Below the pieces are notes generated by a model, which searched no databases, was not told the origin of the DNA, and saw only the letters and a program-made list of their open reading frames with translations. Made by a program: the position numbers and the translations under genes. A stretch of 64,000 nt of DNA from Alphaproteobacteria bacterium (GTDB taxonomy: Bacteria; Pseudomonadota; Alphaproteobacteria; UBA828): positions 320,001-384,000 of the forward strand of contig CBDCQT010000013.1 of the NCBI GenBank assembly GCA_965220745.1, in the 5' to 3' direction. Each line of letters opens with the position of its first letter. The first letter of the stretch is position 1. Shown in pieces: positions 1-8,829 of this stretch.

Positions 1-23
1 GCGTTCATCTCTCTTAACTCCGT

Positions 24-911
24 CTAGCCGCGATGGGCGTCCAGAAAACCCAGCAGGGTCTCGAAATAGGGCTCCGGCTCCTCGTACATCGGCAGGTGCG
101 ACGAGTTCGGGAACACCTTGATCTGGGAATTGGGCAGCGCCGCGTGAATCTTCATCGAACACGCGGGCGTCAGCTCGTCGTGCTGGCCGCAGAGCACCAG
201 CGCCGGCTGGTGGATGCGGTGCAGCTCCGGCAGCCAGTTCTTGTCCTTGATGCTGCCGGTGTAGCAGAACTCGTTGGGCCCCTGGATCGCCTCGTAGGGC
301 CCCATGTTCCAGTCGCCCAGCGAGCGCATCACCGGCGCCGGCCACGTGTCGAGCCGGCAGACGTGGCGGTAGTTGAGGATGGTGATCGCGGCCTGATAGG
401 TGGGGTGGGCGATGGTGCCTTCCGCCTCGTGGCGCTGCATCATCGCCTCGGTCTCATGGCCAAGCGCGTGGCGAAGCCGGTGCAGCTCGCTCACGAGATG
501 CGGGATGTCACCGGCGCCATTGGCGAGCGTGATCGTCTTGAAGCTCTCGGGATAAGCGAGCGCCCATTCCTGGCCGAGCCAGGTGCCCCAGGATTGCCCG
601 TAGTAGTGCACGGGGCCGAGCCCAAGCGCGGTGCGCACGGTCTCCGTCTCCTCGACGTAGCGCTCGATGGTCCAGAGCGCGGCGTCATCCGGCCGGTCGG
701 ACTTGCCGGTGCCGAGCTGGTCGAAGGCCACCACCCGGTAGCCCTTGTCCGCGAGCCAGGAGTGCGCGTCCCGCACGTAGTCGCAGGGGAGCCCCGGCCC
801 GCCGTTGACGCAGAACAGCACCTCGTCGCCGGAGCCGAAGCTGTAGGCCACGACGTTGTAACCGTCGACGGTGACGTTGATGGTCTCGTCCGGCGCGCGA
901 TCGTCCATCAT
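24..911 (-). CDS. Proline iminopeptidase-family alpha/beta hydrolase (proline-specific peptidase / L-amino-acid amidase-like)
   Basis: NGGPG oxyanion motif, YDQ-like FDQLGTGKSD, GQSWG nucleophile elbow, G.HDE acid and SSH His; start moved to the ATG at 911 (or 908), which follows a GGGAGGGGG RBS. Confidence 0.85.
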   Translation of the reverse strand: MMDDRAPDETINVTVDGYNVVAYSFGSGDEVLFCVNGGPGLPCDYVRDAHSWLADKGYRVVAFDQLGTGKSDRPDDAALWTIERYVEETETVRTALGLGPVHYYGQSWGTWLGQEWALAYPESFKTITLANGAGDIPHLVSELHRLRHALGHETEAMMQRHEAEGTIAHPTYQAAITILNYRHVCRLDTWPAPVMRSLGDWNMGPYEAIQGPNEFCYTGSIKDKNWLPELHRIHQPALVLCGQHDELTPACSMKIHAALPNSQIKVFPNSSHLPMYEEPEPYFETLLGFLDAHRG

Positions 912-1105
912 GGCCTGCGTCCCCCTCCCACGTGGCGCGGCGGAGTGTTCCACATTTGCTGAACGCCTCCAAGCCGGGCCGGCGGCAAGCGAGCGGCTCG
1001 TGCTAGGATGGTTGCACGACCGCCCGGCGCCGCAAGAACAAGCAACAATGGCGCCCGCAATCGCCGCGCCCCGGCGGCGGCGACGGAGGAGGGAAGGAGA
1101 GCGAG

Positions 1106-2380
1106 ATGGCGCGCATTCTCATCACCGATGTGACGATCTTCGACGGCTCCGGCCGCGAGCCCTTCGCGGGCGAGGTCCTGGTGCAGGGCAACCGCATCGC
1201 CAAGGTGGCGGCCGGCGGCTTCCCCAGCGGCACGGCGGCCGACCGGGTGATCGACGGCGGCGGCGCCACGCTGATGCCGGGCCTGGTCAACTGCCACGGC
1301 CACCCGACCTACCCCAACATGGGCGCGGACTTCTACTCGACCGGCGAGCTCCCGGTGGAGGAGCACGTCTACCGCACCATGCACAACGTGAAGGCGATGC
1401 TGGATGCGGGCTTCACCGCCTCGGTCAACGGCTCCTCGGCCAAGACCCGGCTCGACATCGCGACCCGCAACGAGATCGACGCGGGCGGCATCCCCGGCCC
1501 CCGGATGCGCGCGGCCACGCCCGAGATCACCGTCACCGGCGGCCTCGGCGACCTGCGCCAGTACCACATGCACCACGAGGGCTTCGCGGTGGTCTGCGAC
1601 GGGCCCGAGGAGATCCGCAAGTTCTCCCGCCTGATGATCCGCGAGGGCGCGGACAGCCTCAAGCTGATGATCTCCGGCGACTTCTTCGTCCACGACACCG
1701 CCACCGGCGACATGACCGTGATGCAGGAGGACGAGATCGTCGCCTGCACCAGCATCGCCCACATCCACAAGCGCCGCGTCATCGCGCACGCGCGCACGGC
1801 GGAGGCGGTCAAGCGCTGCGTGAAGCACGGGATCGACCTGATTTACCACGCCAACTTCTGCGACGAGGAGGCGCTGGACCTGCTGGAGGCGAACAAGGAC
1901 CGCTTCTTCGTCAACCCCGCCATCGGCCTCACCTACACCACCCTCTACGAGATGGCGGACTACGGGATGCCGCAGGAGAAGGCCGAGGAATGGGGCTTCA
2001 AGCGCGAGCTCGACGGCGCCATCGCGGTGACGAAGGAGCTGCACCGGCGCGGCGTGCGCGTGCTGCCCTTCGGCGACTACGGCTTCGAGTGGAACCCAGT
2101 GGGCCGCGACGCCCGCGACCTGGAGCTCTGGCAGGAACTGATGGGCTTCTCGTCCATCGACCTGCTCACCATGGCGACCCGCTACGGCGGCGAGTGTTTT
2201 GGGGACGCCGTGGGCCTGGTGGCGGAGGGCTACCTCGCCGACCTGATCATGGTGGACGGCGACCCGCTCGCCGATGTCCGAATCCTGCAGGACACCGACC
2301 GGATCGCGATGATCATGAAGGACGGCGCCGTCTACAAAGAGCCGCGCGAACGCCAGCGCCAGCAGGCCGCCGCCGAGTAG
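1106..2380 (+). CDS. Metal-dependent amidohydrolase (Xaa-Pro dipeptidase-like amidohydrolase superfamily)
   Basis: IDGGGATLMPGLVNCHGH (HxH), carbamylated-Lys motif SLKLM, IAHAR, IYHAN, FGDYG, G.LADLIMVDGDPL; strong GGAG RBS. Confidence 0.88.
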   Translation: MARILITDVTIFDGSGREPFAGEVLVQGNRIAKVAAGGFPSGTAADRVIDGGGATLMPGLVNCHGHPTYPNMGADFYSTGELPVEEHVYRTMHNVKAMLDAGFTASVNGSSAKTRLDIATRNEIDAGGIPGPRMRAATPEITVTGGLGDLRQYHMHHEGFAVVCDGPEEIRKFSRLMIREGADSLKLMISGDFFVHDTATGDMTVMQEDEIVACTSIAHIHKRRVIAHARTAEAVKRCVKHGIDLIYHANFCDEEALDLLEANKDRFFVNPAIGLTYTTLYEMADYGMPQEKAEEWGFKRELDGAIAVTKELHRRGVRVLPFGDYGFEWNPVGRDARDLELWQELMGFSSIDLLTMATRYGGECFGDAVGLVAEGYLADLIMVDGDPLADVRILQDTDRIAMIMKDGAVYKEPRERQRQQAAAE

Positions 2381-2445
2381 GTGCACGCCTTCGCGGCTCG
2401 ATTCCCTTACGGCGGGCGGCGGCCTCGCTGCCGCTCAACGTCGGT

Positions 2446-2474
2446 CTTGATGCACGCCCCGGTTGCTTCTATAT
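2446..2474 (+). promoter_or_regulatory. Sigma70-type promoter for the 2530 gene
   Basis: CTTGAT (2446-2451), 17-nt spacer, CTATAT (2469-2474); matches the alphaproteobacterial CTTGAC-N17-CTATAT consensus. Confidence 0.55.
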
Positions 2475-2529
2475 CCGGCCCGCACGCCCGACGAGGGCGG
2501 GGATTTGGAGACGTTATTGAGCGAGAGAG

Positions 2530-3084
2530 ATGAGCGAAGCCAAGAGCACCAAGAAGGCATCGAAAGCCAAGACCGAGTCGGCGCCCAAGGCCAAGAGCGA
2601 GAGCGCCGACACCAAGACCAAGGCGAAGGACGACACGGCGAGTACGTCCGACGCCTCCTCCGATACCAAGTCGTCGGAGGGCGCCAAGGACTCCGGCAAG
2701 GACTCGGCAACGGACGCCGGCAAGTCCGCGCGTGACTCGGCCGGCGGCAAGGCCGACGTGCACTACGGCTATTTCTCCAGCGTGAGGACGCCGGCCTACC
2801 GCAGCGGTTGGGACGAGATCTGGGGCGGCAAGAACGGCGGGAACGACGCGGACGAAGACGAGGCGCCGCGCCAGCGCCGGGCGGCGCGCGCAAGCCGGCC
2901 CGCGAAGGCGCGCAAGCGGCGCGACCCGATCACCGTCACCCTCGACCTCGACACGCTGCCGCCCGAGCTGAAGGACGGCCTGGTGGAGATCGCCAGCGCC
3001 GAGCTCAAGAAGTCCCGCGTGAGCTACGCGCGGCGCGACAAGGCCGGCGCCATCGACTGGCGCATCACCTGCCGCGTGGACTGA
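2530..3084 (+). CDS. Hypothetical protein with a low-complexity K/A/S/T/D-rich N-terminus
   Basis: Host-like codon usage, GAGAG RBS, upstream promoter; no recognised domain. Confidence 0.75.
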   Translation: MSEAKSTKKASKAKTESAPKAKSESADTKTKAKDDTASTSDASSDTKSSEGAKDSGKDSATDAGKSARDSAGGKADVHYGYFSSVRTPAYRSGWDEIWGGKNGGNDADEDEAPRQRRAARASRPAKARKRRDPITVTLDLDTLPPELKDGLVEIASAELKKSRVSYARRDKAGAIDWRITCRVD

Positions 3085-3125
3085 GCGCGCAACCCGAGAT
3101 CGCAGGATTTACGGCAAGGGGAGGA

Positions 3126-3240
3126 CCGGGCCGATAGGCCCGGACGGCGCGACTGCGCCGCGCGCGAAGCGCGGAGCGTCGCGCGTCCACGCGCGCGGAG
3201 CGCACGATCGAGCGGAGCGAGCGCCCGGCGACTGAGGGAA
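3126..3240. repeat. GC-rich palindromic (REP-like) intergenic element
   Basis: CCGGGCC-GATA-GGCCCGG hairpin (3126-3143); nested hairpin 3142-3188 capped by GCGAAGC (3164-3170). Confidence 0.45.
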
Positions 3241-3321
3241 ATGAATAAGTAATCGATATTCGTTGCAAACGGGGGCATGTCGGTCCATCTGTAGGGAGAC
3301 GGCCGACGGAGGGCTCGGGCG

Positions 3322-3732
3322 ATGCTGAGGATTGTCGTTTTCTGCGCCTTGCTGGTCGTTGGCGCCATGCCGCTTCATGCGGACGTCATCCAGGTGGACA
3401 GTGCCGGACTTGAGCGGCTGCGGGCAGAGGGAGTCGCCGTCGTCGACGTCCGGAGGCCGGAGGAGTGGCGCAAGACCGGCGTCATCGAAGGCAGCCACTT
3501 GATGACCTTCTTCGACAAGAAGGGACGCTACGACCTGGACCAGTGGCTGCCGGCCCTCGCCGCGATCGCAGAATCCGACCAGCCCGTTGCGTTCATCTGC
3601 CGTAGTGGAAAGCGCAGCGGCAGGGTCGCCCGCCTGCTGGACGAGCAGTTCGGATACCGGCACGTCTACACTGCGCGCGATGGCATCCTGGGATGGCTCG
3701 AGGAGGGGCGGTCCACGATGGATCGCCAATAG
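3322..3732 (+). CDS. Exported rhodanese-like domain protein
   Basis: Signal-peptide-like N-terminus; VVDVRRPEEW..TGVIEGS and FICRSGKRS active-site loop; DGILGW. Confidence 0.85.
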   Translation: MLRIVVFCALLVVGAMPLHADVIQVDSAGLERLRAEGVAVVDVRRPEEWRKTGVIEGSHLMTFFDKKGRYDLDQWLPALAAIAESDQPVAFICRSGKRSGRVARLLDEQFGYRHVYTARDGILGWLEEGRSTMDRQ

Positions 3733-3800
3733 CGGCCGCCGCCCGAGGGCTGCCAAATCCGCGGACCGCTGGGCATTTCTGGTAGCCACATGGAAAAAAG

Positions 3801-3816
3801 CCGCTATATGTAGCGG
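3801..3816. promoter_or_regulatory. Palindromic operator/-10 region upstream of the HU gene
   Basis: CCGCTA-TATG-TAGCGG perfect inverted repeat containing CTATAT. Confidence 0.4.
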
Positions 3817-3867
3817 TTTAGTCACATTCGAGTCGCCAGAGGATAAAGACAGAGGGGACCTCCGACC

Positions 3868-4155
3868 ATGAGCAGAGCCGCATTCATCGAGAACGTCGCC
3901 AAGAAGGGCAAGATGAGCAAGGCCGAGGCCAAGCGCACCGTGGACCTGGTGCTGGGCGAGATCGAGGCCGGAATCAAGAAGTCGAAGAAGGAAGGCCGCT
4001 ACACCATCGGCAACTTCGGCACCTTCAGCATCGTCAAGCGCAAGGGGCGCAAGGGCCGCAACCCGCAGACCGGCGAGGCGATCCGGATCAGGGCCTCCAA
4101 GGCCCTCCGCTTCCGCCCCTCCGCCCAGCTCCGGAGAGCCGCCGGCGCGAAGTAA
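3868..4155 (+). CDS. HU-family DNA-binding protein
   Basis: NFGTFSIVKRKGRKGRNPQTGEAIRI..S...FRPS signature; 95 aa, basic. Confidence 0.93.
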   Translation: MSRAAFIENVAKKGKMSKAEAKRTVDLVLGEIEAGIKKSKKEGRYTIGNFGTFSIVKRKGRKGRNPQTGEAIRIRASKALRFRPSAQLRRAAGAK

Positions 4156-4441
4156 TTCTCAGCCCAAGCGTATCGTATTTGGGTGTAACGGTGGCGCCGC
4201 TGACCATGCTACGCTGAGGCAACAAACGCAGTTAGACCCTTGTTTTGGCACGTTGAGTAGTGGCGTAGCCTCGAAGACGCCGGCGCTTCCAAGATTAGCG
4301 CCCGCGAACACAATGTCTTGTAAGATGGCGCCCATTTCAATCAGAAGTGCGACCAACATTACGCCGTAGAAATGCTGCATTTAGTGACTGTCACCTTCGC
4401 GTAATCCGGAAAGGACTGATGAAGCTTAGAGGTGATGTCCA

Positions 4442-5203
4442 TTACATCTTCTGGTAGCTCTTTCCTGACAGGCGCTCAAATTCCCTTAGAAGATTGTACA
4501 TTTTGTCGAAAGAGGGTTCATCTCCGAATGCCTTGTAGGCAAATGCGCAGGAGCATATTCCCCGATAGAAATAGTTAAAAATTTCTTCTCGGTGTCCATC
4601 GTAAATCGGAGTTCCCTTCATGCCGCGCACATGGAATCGAGCTGGACTTCCTCCATACATATCCATTATGTGAGGAGATGCGGCGTGAACATATCCAGAA
4701 TAGGCTCTGCTCATTGTCCTCAATAGTTCTGCTCCACTGCTTGGGTCAGTCGGAGAAAACTCACTACGGGCCAAGTATGCATGAATTTTCCGGCGAGGCA
4801 CTACATCGCGCTTTTGAGACGACTCTATTGCCGTGTCAGCGTCAAATTCTTCTGCGAAAAATGCGTCCAAGAATCGACAATGTAAAGGTGAGTTATCGTC
4901 ACCTCGTATCATGCCGATCACTAAAAATAGAATGTCCTCTTGAAGTTCGTCTAGCATTCTCTGTAATGAGGCCTGCTCTTGCACAAAACCAGCATTGAAG
5001 AGTAGGCGTGTTGCATGGAGAGTACTTACCATGCGTGCCAGTTTTTGAACGATTGCTTGATGGATTGACCGTTCCACATGACGAAAAGCCTGAATTCTCC
5101 TAATCTGCACAAATTGCGGCTGCGGTACTCGCGCTGCCAGTTGGTCAACAGTCCGCTCCAGGTGCTTCAAGACTTGTTCATAAAGGGCATCCATCGTTAT
5201 CAA
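4442..5203 (-). CDS. Hypothetical helical protein in an AT-richer islet (possible HEPN-like/DUF5677-like)
   Basis: 253-aa ORF in DNA visibly lower in GC than its flanks; QRMLDE and YSGYVH motifs; true start may be the ATG at 5194. Confidence 0.7.
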   Translation of the reverse strand: MITMDALYEQVLKHLERTVDQLAARVPQPQFVQIRRIQAFRHVERSIHQAIVQKLARMVSTLHATRLLFNAGFVQEQASLQRMLDELQEDILFLVIGMIRGDDNSPLHCRFLDAFFAEEFDADTAIESSQKRDVVPRRKIHAYLARSEFSPTDPSSGAELLRTMSRAYSGYVHAASPHIMDMYGGSPARFHVRGMKGTPIYDGHREEIFNYFYRGICSCAFAYKAFGDEPSFDKMYNLLREFERLSGKSYQKM

Positions 5204-5327
5204 GCCTTTTTTCGGCGTTCAATGTTTTGCGGGTGCGGATAGCGCATGTTCTAGCGCGTCTTCAAGACGTTTTGTCTTGGCGAGAGAATGTCGGAGGAAT
5301 AGCGTCTCAGAACAAGTAGGGTCGAAG

Positions 5328-6020
5328 TCACGGCATTTCCAGCGGCTCCACACACTTCTCATCGTCGTTCGCGGGTTTGTTGACCAGCGTGCTTACGGGG
5401 TGAGCGGTCATGACCGCGGCCGGGTAGGGGGCGAGGGGGACCGCTTCGCCGCCAAGCCAGGGGTCGTAAGCGTCGGGCGGCAGGATCACGGGCATGCGGG
5501 GGTGGATTGGGGCCAGGGTGGCGTTGGCCTCGGTGGTGAGGATGGTGCAGGTCTCCAGCACGTCGCCGGGCGCGAGCTCGGATAGCGAGCCGGTGAGCGC
5601 GAGGCCCGCCGGCACGATCCAGCTCTCCCACAGCCCGGCGAAGACGAAGCCGCCGCCGTCCTTCATCCCGATCAGGTAGGGCTGCTTGGCCTTGCCCTCG
5701 CGCTTCCACTCGTAGAATCCGTCGGCCGGGATCAGGCAGCGGCGCGCCTCGAAGGCGGCGCGGAACGAGGGTTTCTCGTGCGCGGTCTCGGAGCGCGCGT
5801 TGATCAGCTTGTAGCCGATGCTGGGCTCCCTGGCCCACGCGGGAATCAGCCCCCAGCGCAGCATGGAGAGGCGGCGGCCGCCGTCGCTTACGCGCACCGT
5901 CGCGATGCTCTGCCCCGGTGCCACGTTGTAGCGCGGCTGCAGGTTCTGGGGTGTGCCGATGAGGCCGAGGCGTTCGTGAAGCTCGCGCCAGGAGAGGCGC
6001 TGGGTGAAGCGTCCGCACAT
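5328..6020 (-). CDS. SOS response-associated peptidase (SRAP; YedK/HMCES family abasic-site protein)
   Basis: Starts MCGRF (catalytic Cys2); RYNVAP, LRWGLIPAW, INARSET, RCLIPADGFYEW, RMPVIL; the longer N-terminus in the ORF track is spurious. Confidence 0.93.
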   Translation of the reverse strand: MCGRFTQRLSWRELHERLGLIGTPQNLQPRYNVAPGQSIATVRVSDGGRRLSMLRWGLIPAWAREPSIGYKLINARSETAHEKPSFRAAFEARRCLIPADGFYEWKREGKAKQPYLIGMKDGGGFVFAGLWESWIVPAGLALTGSLSELAPGDVLETCTILTTEANATLAPIHPRMPVILPPDAYDPWLGGEAVPLAPYPAAVMTAHPVSTLVNKPANDDEKCVEPLEMP

Positions 6021-6049
6021 GGTGGTCGAGCGGCCGGGCGGCGCGCGGC

Positions 6050-6805
6050 CTACCAGGCGGTCCAGCCCAGGTCGATCATGAGGTGGGCGCCGTGTACCGC
6101 ATCGGCCTCTGACGACACGAGGTAGGCCACGGCGCCCGAGACATCGTCGGCCTCCATCCAGTAGCGGCCCATCGGCGCGATGGCCTCCATCCGCTCCTCC
6201 CTGCCGGGCTGGGCGCGGATCGCCGCGTTCATGTCGGTTCTCGTGGCGCCGGGCCCCACCGCGTTGACGTTGATCCCGTGCGGCCCGAGTTCCAGGCCGA
6301 GCGCCTTGGTCAGCAGCATCTGGCCGCCCTTCGATGCGCAATAAGCCGCGCCGGCGCTCGAGCCGACGACGCCGAGCGTGGACGTGATGTTGACGATCTT
6401 GCCCGCGCCCTTCGCCTTCATCACTGGTGCCACCGCCTTGGCCATGAAGAAGCTGCCCTTGAGGTTGATGTCGATCTGGGCGTCCCAGAGCGCCTCGGTG
6501 GTCTCCTCCATGGGCAGCGGGTGGTAGACGCCGGCGTTGTTGATGAGGATGTCGATGGTGCCGAAGGCGTCGGCCACCTCCGCTGCCAGCCGCTCGCAGT
6601 CCGACACCTGAGAGACATCCGCCTGGAACGGCGCGGCGCGACCGCCGGCGTCTGCGATCCCCTGCACCACGGCTTCCGCCTTGTCGCGCGCCGTGTGCGC
6701 GACCACCGCGATCACCGCGCCATCCGCAGCCAGTCGGCGCGCGATGCTTGCGCCGATCCCGCGCGAGCCTCCGGTGACGATCGCGACCTTGCCCTCAAGC
6801 CTCAT
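6050..6805 (-). CDS. Short-chain dehydrogenase/reductase (FabG-like SDR)
   Basis: TGGSRGIG, INNAG, YCASK (YxxxK), NAVGPG; start at MRLEGK. Confidence 0.92.
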   Translation of the reverse strand: MRLEGKVAIVTGGSRGIGASIARRLAADGAVIAVVAHTARDKAEAVVQGIADAGGRAAPFQADVSQVSDCERLAAEVADAFGTIDILINNAGVYHPLPMEETTEALWDAQIDINLKGSFFMAKAVAPVMKAKGAGKIVNITSTLGVVGSSAGAAYCASKGGQMLLTKALGLELGPHGINVNAVGPGATRTDMNAAIRAQPGREERMEAIAPMGRYWMEADDVSGAVAYLVSSEADAVHGAHLMIDLGWTAW

Positions 6806-6890
6806 GCCCTGCCTCCGCTCGTTCGAGGCGGGCACGATAGCACGCGAGGTCGGCTCCGCTCCCCGTGCGGCGCGTCCCCCACGCGACCGA

Positions 6891-7361
6891 CTACTGCGCC
6901 TCCTCCATCTTCATCTCGCCGTGATCCATGTCGCTGTCGTGGTCCTTCATCTTCATCTCCCCGTGCTCGTGCCCGGATTCGCCGGAGGCCCGGCCGAAAT
7001 CCAGCTTCTTGACCACGCGGTCCCGCGTCGGGCCGCTGACGTCGAGGGTGAGCGCCCACTCGCCCAGCATCTCCAGCTCCAGCGTGGCGGTGTAGTGGCC
7101 CGGCATCGCGCCTGCCGCCGCCTTCACGGGCCGCACGTTGTGCGCCAGCGGCATCGACGGCATGTCGGCCTTGACCACGACCTCGGCGCCCGCCACGGGT
7201 TCGCCGCTCTTCTTGCCCTTGAGCATGATCATGCAGTCGTAGGTCAGCTTCTCCGCCGTCGCCGTGCAGCTCACGTCGGCCGCCACGCGCTCGCCCGCCA
7301 AGGCGACGCTGCCCGCGATCAGCATCGCCGACAGAGTCAGACCTGCGATGAAGATACGCAT
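6891..7361 (-). CDS. Exported YtkA/FixH-like protein with a His/Met-rich tail (putative copper-binding)
   Basis: Signal peptide; G.PVAGAEV...ADMPSMP.AH, PGHY...LEM.GEW; C-terminal HEHGEMKMKDHDSDMDHGEMKM. Confidence 0.7.
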   Translation of the reverse strand: MRIFIAGLTLSAMLIAGSVALAGERVAADVSCTATAEKLTYDCMIMLKGKKSGEPVAGAEVVVKADMPSMPLAHNVRPVKAAAGAMPGHYTATLELEMLGEWALTLDVSGPTRDRVVKKLDFGRASGESGHEHGEMKMKDHDSDMDHGEMKMEEAQ

Positions 7362-7364
7362 CGT

Positions 7365-8081
7365 TCACTCTCCCCTCGTTAGACCCAGATAGGCGCTGAC
7401 CAGCAGCTCGTGTTCGGCAAGCTCGGCTGCCTTGCCGTCCAGTATGATACGCCCGCTTTCCAGCACGTAGCCCCTGTCCGCGATCGCGAGCGCCTGGCGC
7501 ACGTTCTGCTCGACCAGAAGGATCGTGACGCCTGCGTCCCTGAGCCGGGGGATCAGGGCGAAGACATCCAGCGCGGCGATCGGGGCGAGGCCGAGGGAGG
7601 GCTCGTCGAGTATCAGGAGCTTCGGGCGCGCCATCAGCCCGCGGGCCAGCGCCAGCATCTGGGCCTGGCCGCCGCTGAGCGCCGCGCCCGGCTCGTCGAG
7701 GCGGTCCCGCAGCATGGGGAAGGACTCCAGCACGCGCTCGATGTCCGCCTCGGTCTTGGCGCGGCCTGCCACGTTATGGGCTCCCAGCCGCAGGTTCTGC
7801 GCGACGGTCAGCCCGCCGAAGATCAGACGACCCTCCGGCACCTGCACGATGCCGCGGCGCATGATGCGGTGCGGCGGCATGCGGGTGATCGCCTGGCCGA
7901 GAAAGCGAATATGTCCGCTGGACGGCCGCTCGATGCCGCACACCGCATGCATCGTCGAGCTCTTGCCGGCGCCGTTGGCGCCGATCAGGGCGACGATCTC
8001 GCCTTCCGCAACCTCCAGAGACACGCCCTGGACGGCGCGTACCTTGCCGTAGCTCAGGTGCAGGTCGCGGATCTCAAGCAT
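7365..8081 (-). CDS. Branched-chain amino-acid-type ABC transporter ATPase (LivF-like), set 2
   Basis: GANGAGKS, VPEGR, LSGGQAQM, LDEPSLGLAP, VEQN. Confidence 0.92.
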   Translation of the reverse strand: MLEIRDLHLSYGKVRAVQGVSLEVAEGEIVALIGANGAGKSSTMHAVCGIERPSSGHIRFLGQAITRMPPHRIMRRGIVQVPEGRLIFGGLTVAQNLRLGAHNVAGRAKTEADIERVLESFPMLRDRLDEPGAALSGGQAQMLALARGLMARPKLLILDEPSLGLAPIAALDVFALIPRLRDAGVTILLVEQNVRQALAIADRGYVLESGRIILDGKAAELAEHELLVSAYLGLTRGE

Positions 8082-8829
8082 CGGCTGCGTCCCGCCCAAG
8101 ATAGGCTTCGAGCACCTCGGGGTGCTCCAGGACCCGGCCCGGTTCGCCGTCCGCGATCTTGCGACCGAAATTGAGAACGCAGAGGCGCTGGCAGAGCGTC
8201 GAGATCAGGTCGAGCTTGTGCTCGATGACGATGCAGGTGCGGCCAGGCACCGCGAAATCGCGGATGAGGGCGGCCATCTCCGCGGTCTCGGCCGGGGTCA
8301 TGCCGCCCGCCGGCTCGTCGAGCAGCAGCAGCGCCGGGGAGCGCACGAGCGCCCGGGCCAGTTCGAGCCGGCGCTGATCGGGGAGCGGCAGGCTGCCGGC
8401 CAGCACGTTCCGCCGGTCCGCGAGGCCCACCGCGTCGAGCAGGCGATCGACCTCCGCCTTCCGCGCTCGCTCGGCCGAGGACCGGTTCGACAGCAACGCC
8501 ATCGGCCCGACATCGGGCAGGCTGTGCTGCGCCACCCAGACGTTCTCGCGCACGCTCATGCGCTGGAAGATGCGGAGGTTCTGGAAGGTTCGCGCGATAC
8601 CTTGGCGAACGATCCGGGCCGGCGTGCTCCTGGTTATGTCCGCGTCACGCAGGAGGACGCGGCCGGTATCGGCCTGGTGAACGCCGGTGATCACGTTGAA
8701 CAGCGTCGTCTTGCCCGAGCCGTTTGGGCCGATGAGGCCCACCACCTCGCCGTCCGCGACCGCGAGATCGAGCGCCTCCAGGGCGGCGACGCCCCCGAAG
8801 GACCGGCTCAGGCCCTCAACTCTCAGCAC
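8074..8829 (-). CDS. ABC ATPase (LivG-like), set 2
   Basis: GPNGSGKT, ARTFQN, LDEPAGG, IEH, V.EAYLG. Confidence 0.92.
   Translation of the reverse strand: MLRVEGLSRSFGGVAALEALDLAVADGEVVGLIGPNGSGKTTLFNVITGVHQADTGRVLLRDADITRSTPARIVRQGIARTFQNLRIFQRMSVRENVWVAQHSLPDVGPMALLSNRSSAERARKAEVDRLLDAVGLADRRNVLAGSLPLPDQRRLELARALVRSPALLLLDEPAGGMTPAETAEMAALIRDFAVPGRTCIVIEHKLDLISTLCQRLCVLNFGRKIADGEPGRVLEHPEVLEAYLGRDAADA

Noticed and set aside
1-8. Start of a minus-strand gene (ATG at 8, GGAG upstream) leaving the window
   Set aside because: Too little sequence to call a product
4183-4237. GTTAGAC integron core-like site near the islet
   Set aside because: No matching inverse core or convincing dyad symmetry
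4159-4380. 73-aa ORF in the AT-richer islet
   Set aside because: No RBS or recognisable motif; cannot be supported, may be a remnant
5328-6341. Apparent N-terminal extensions or fusions (SRAP 337 aa, permease 798 aa, 534 aa and 544 aa permeases, 429 aa ORF)
   Set aside because: Extensions overlap upstream genes in another frame; true starts are at coupled ATG/GTG codons
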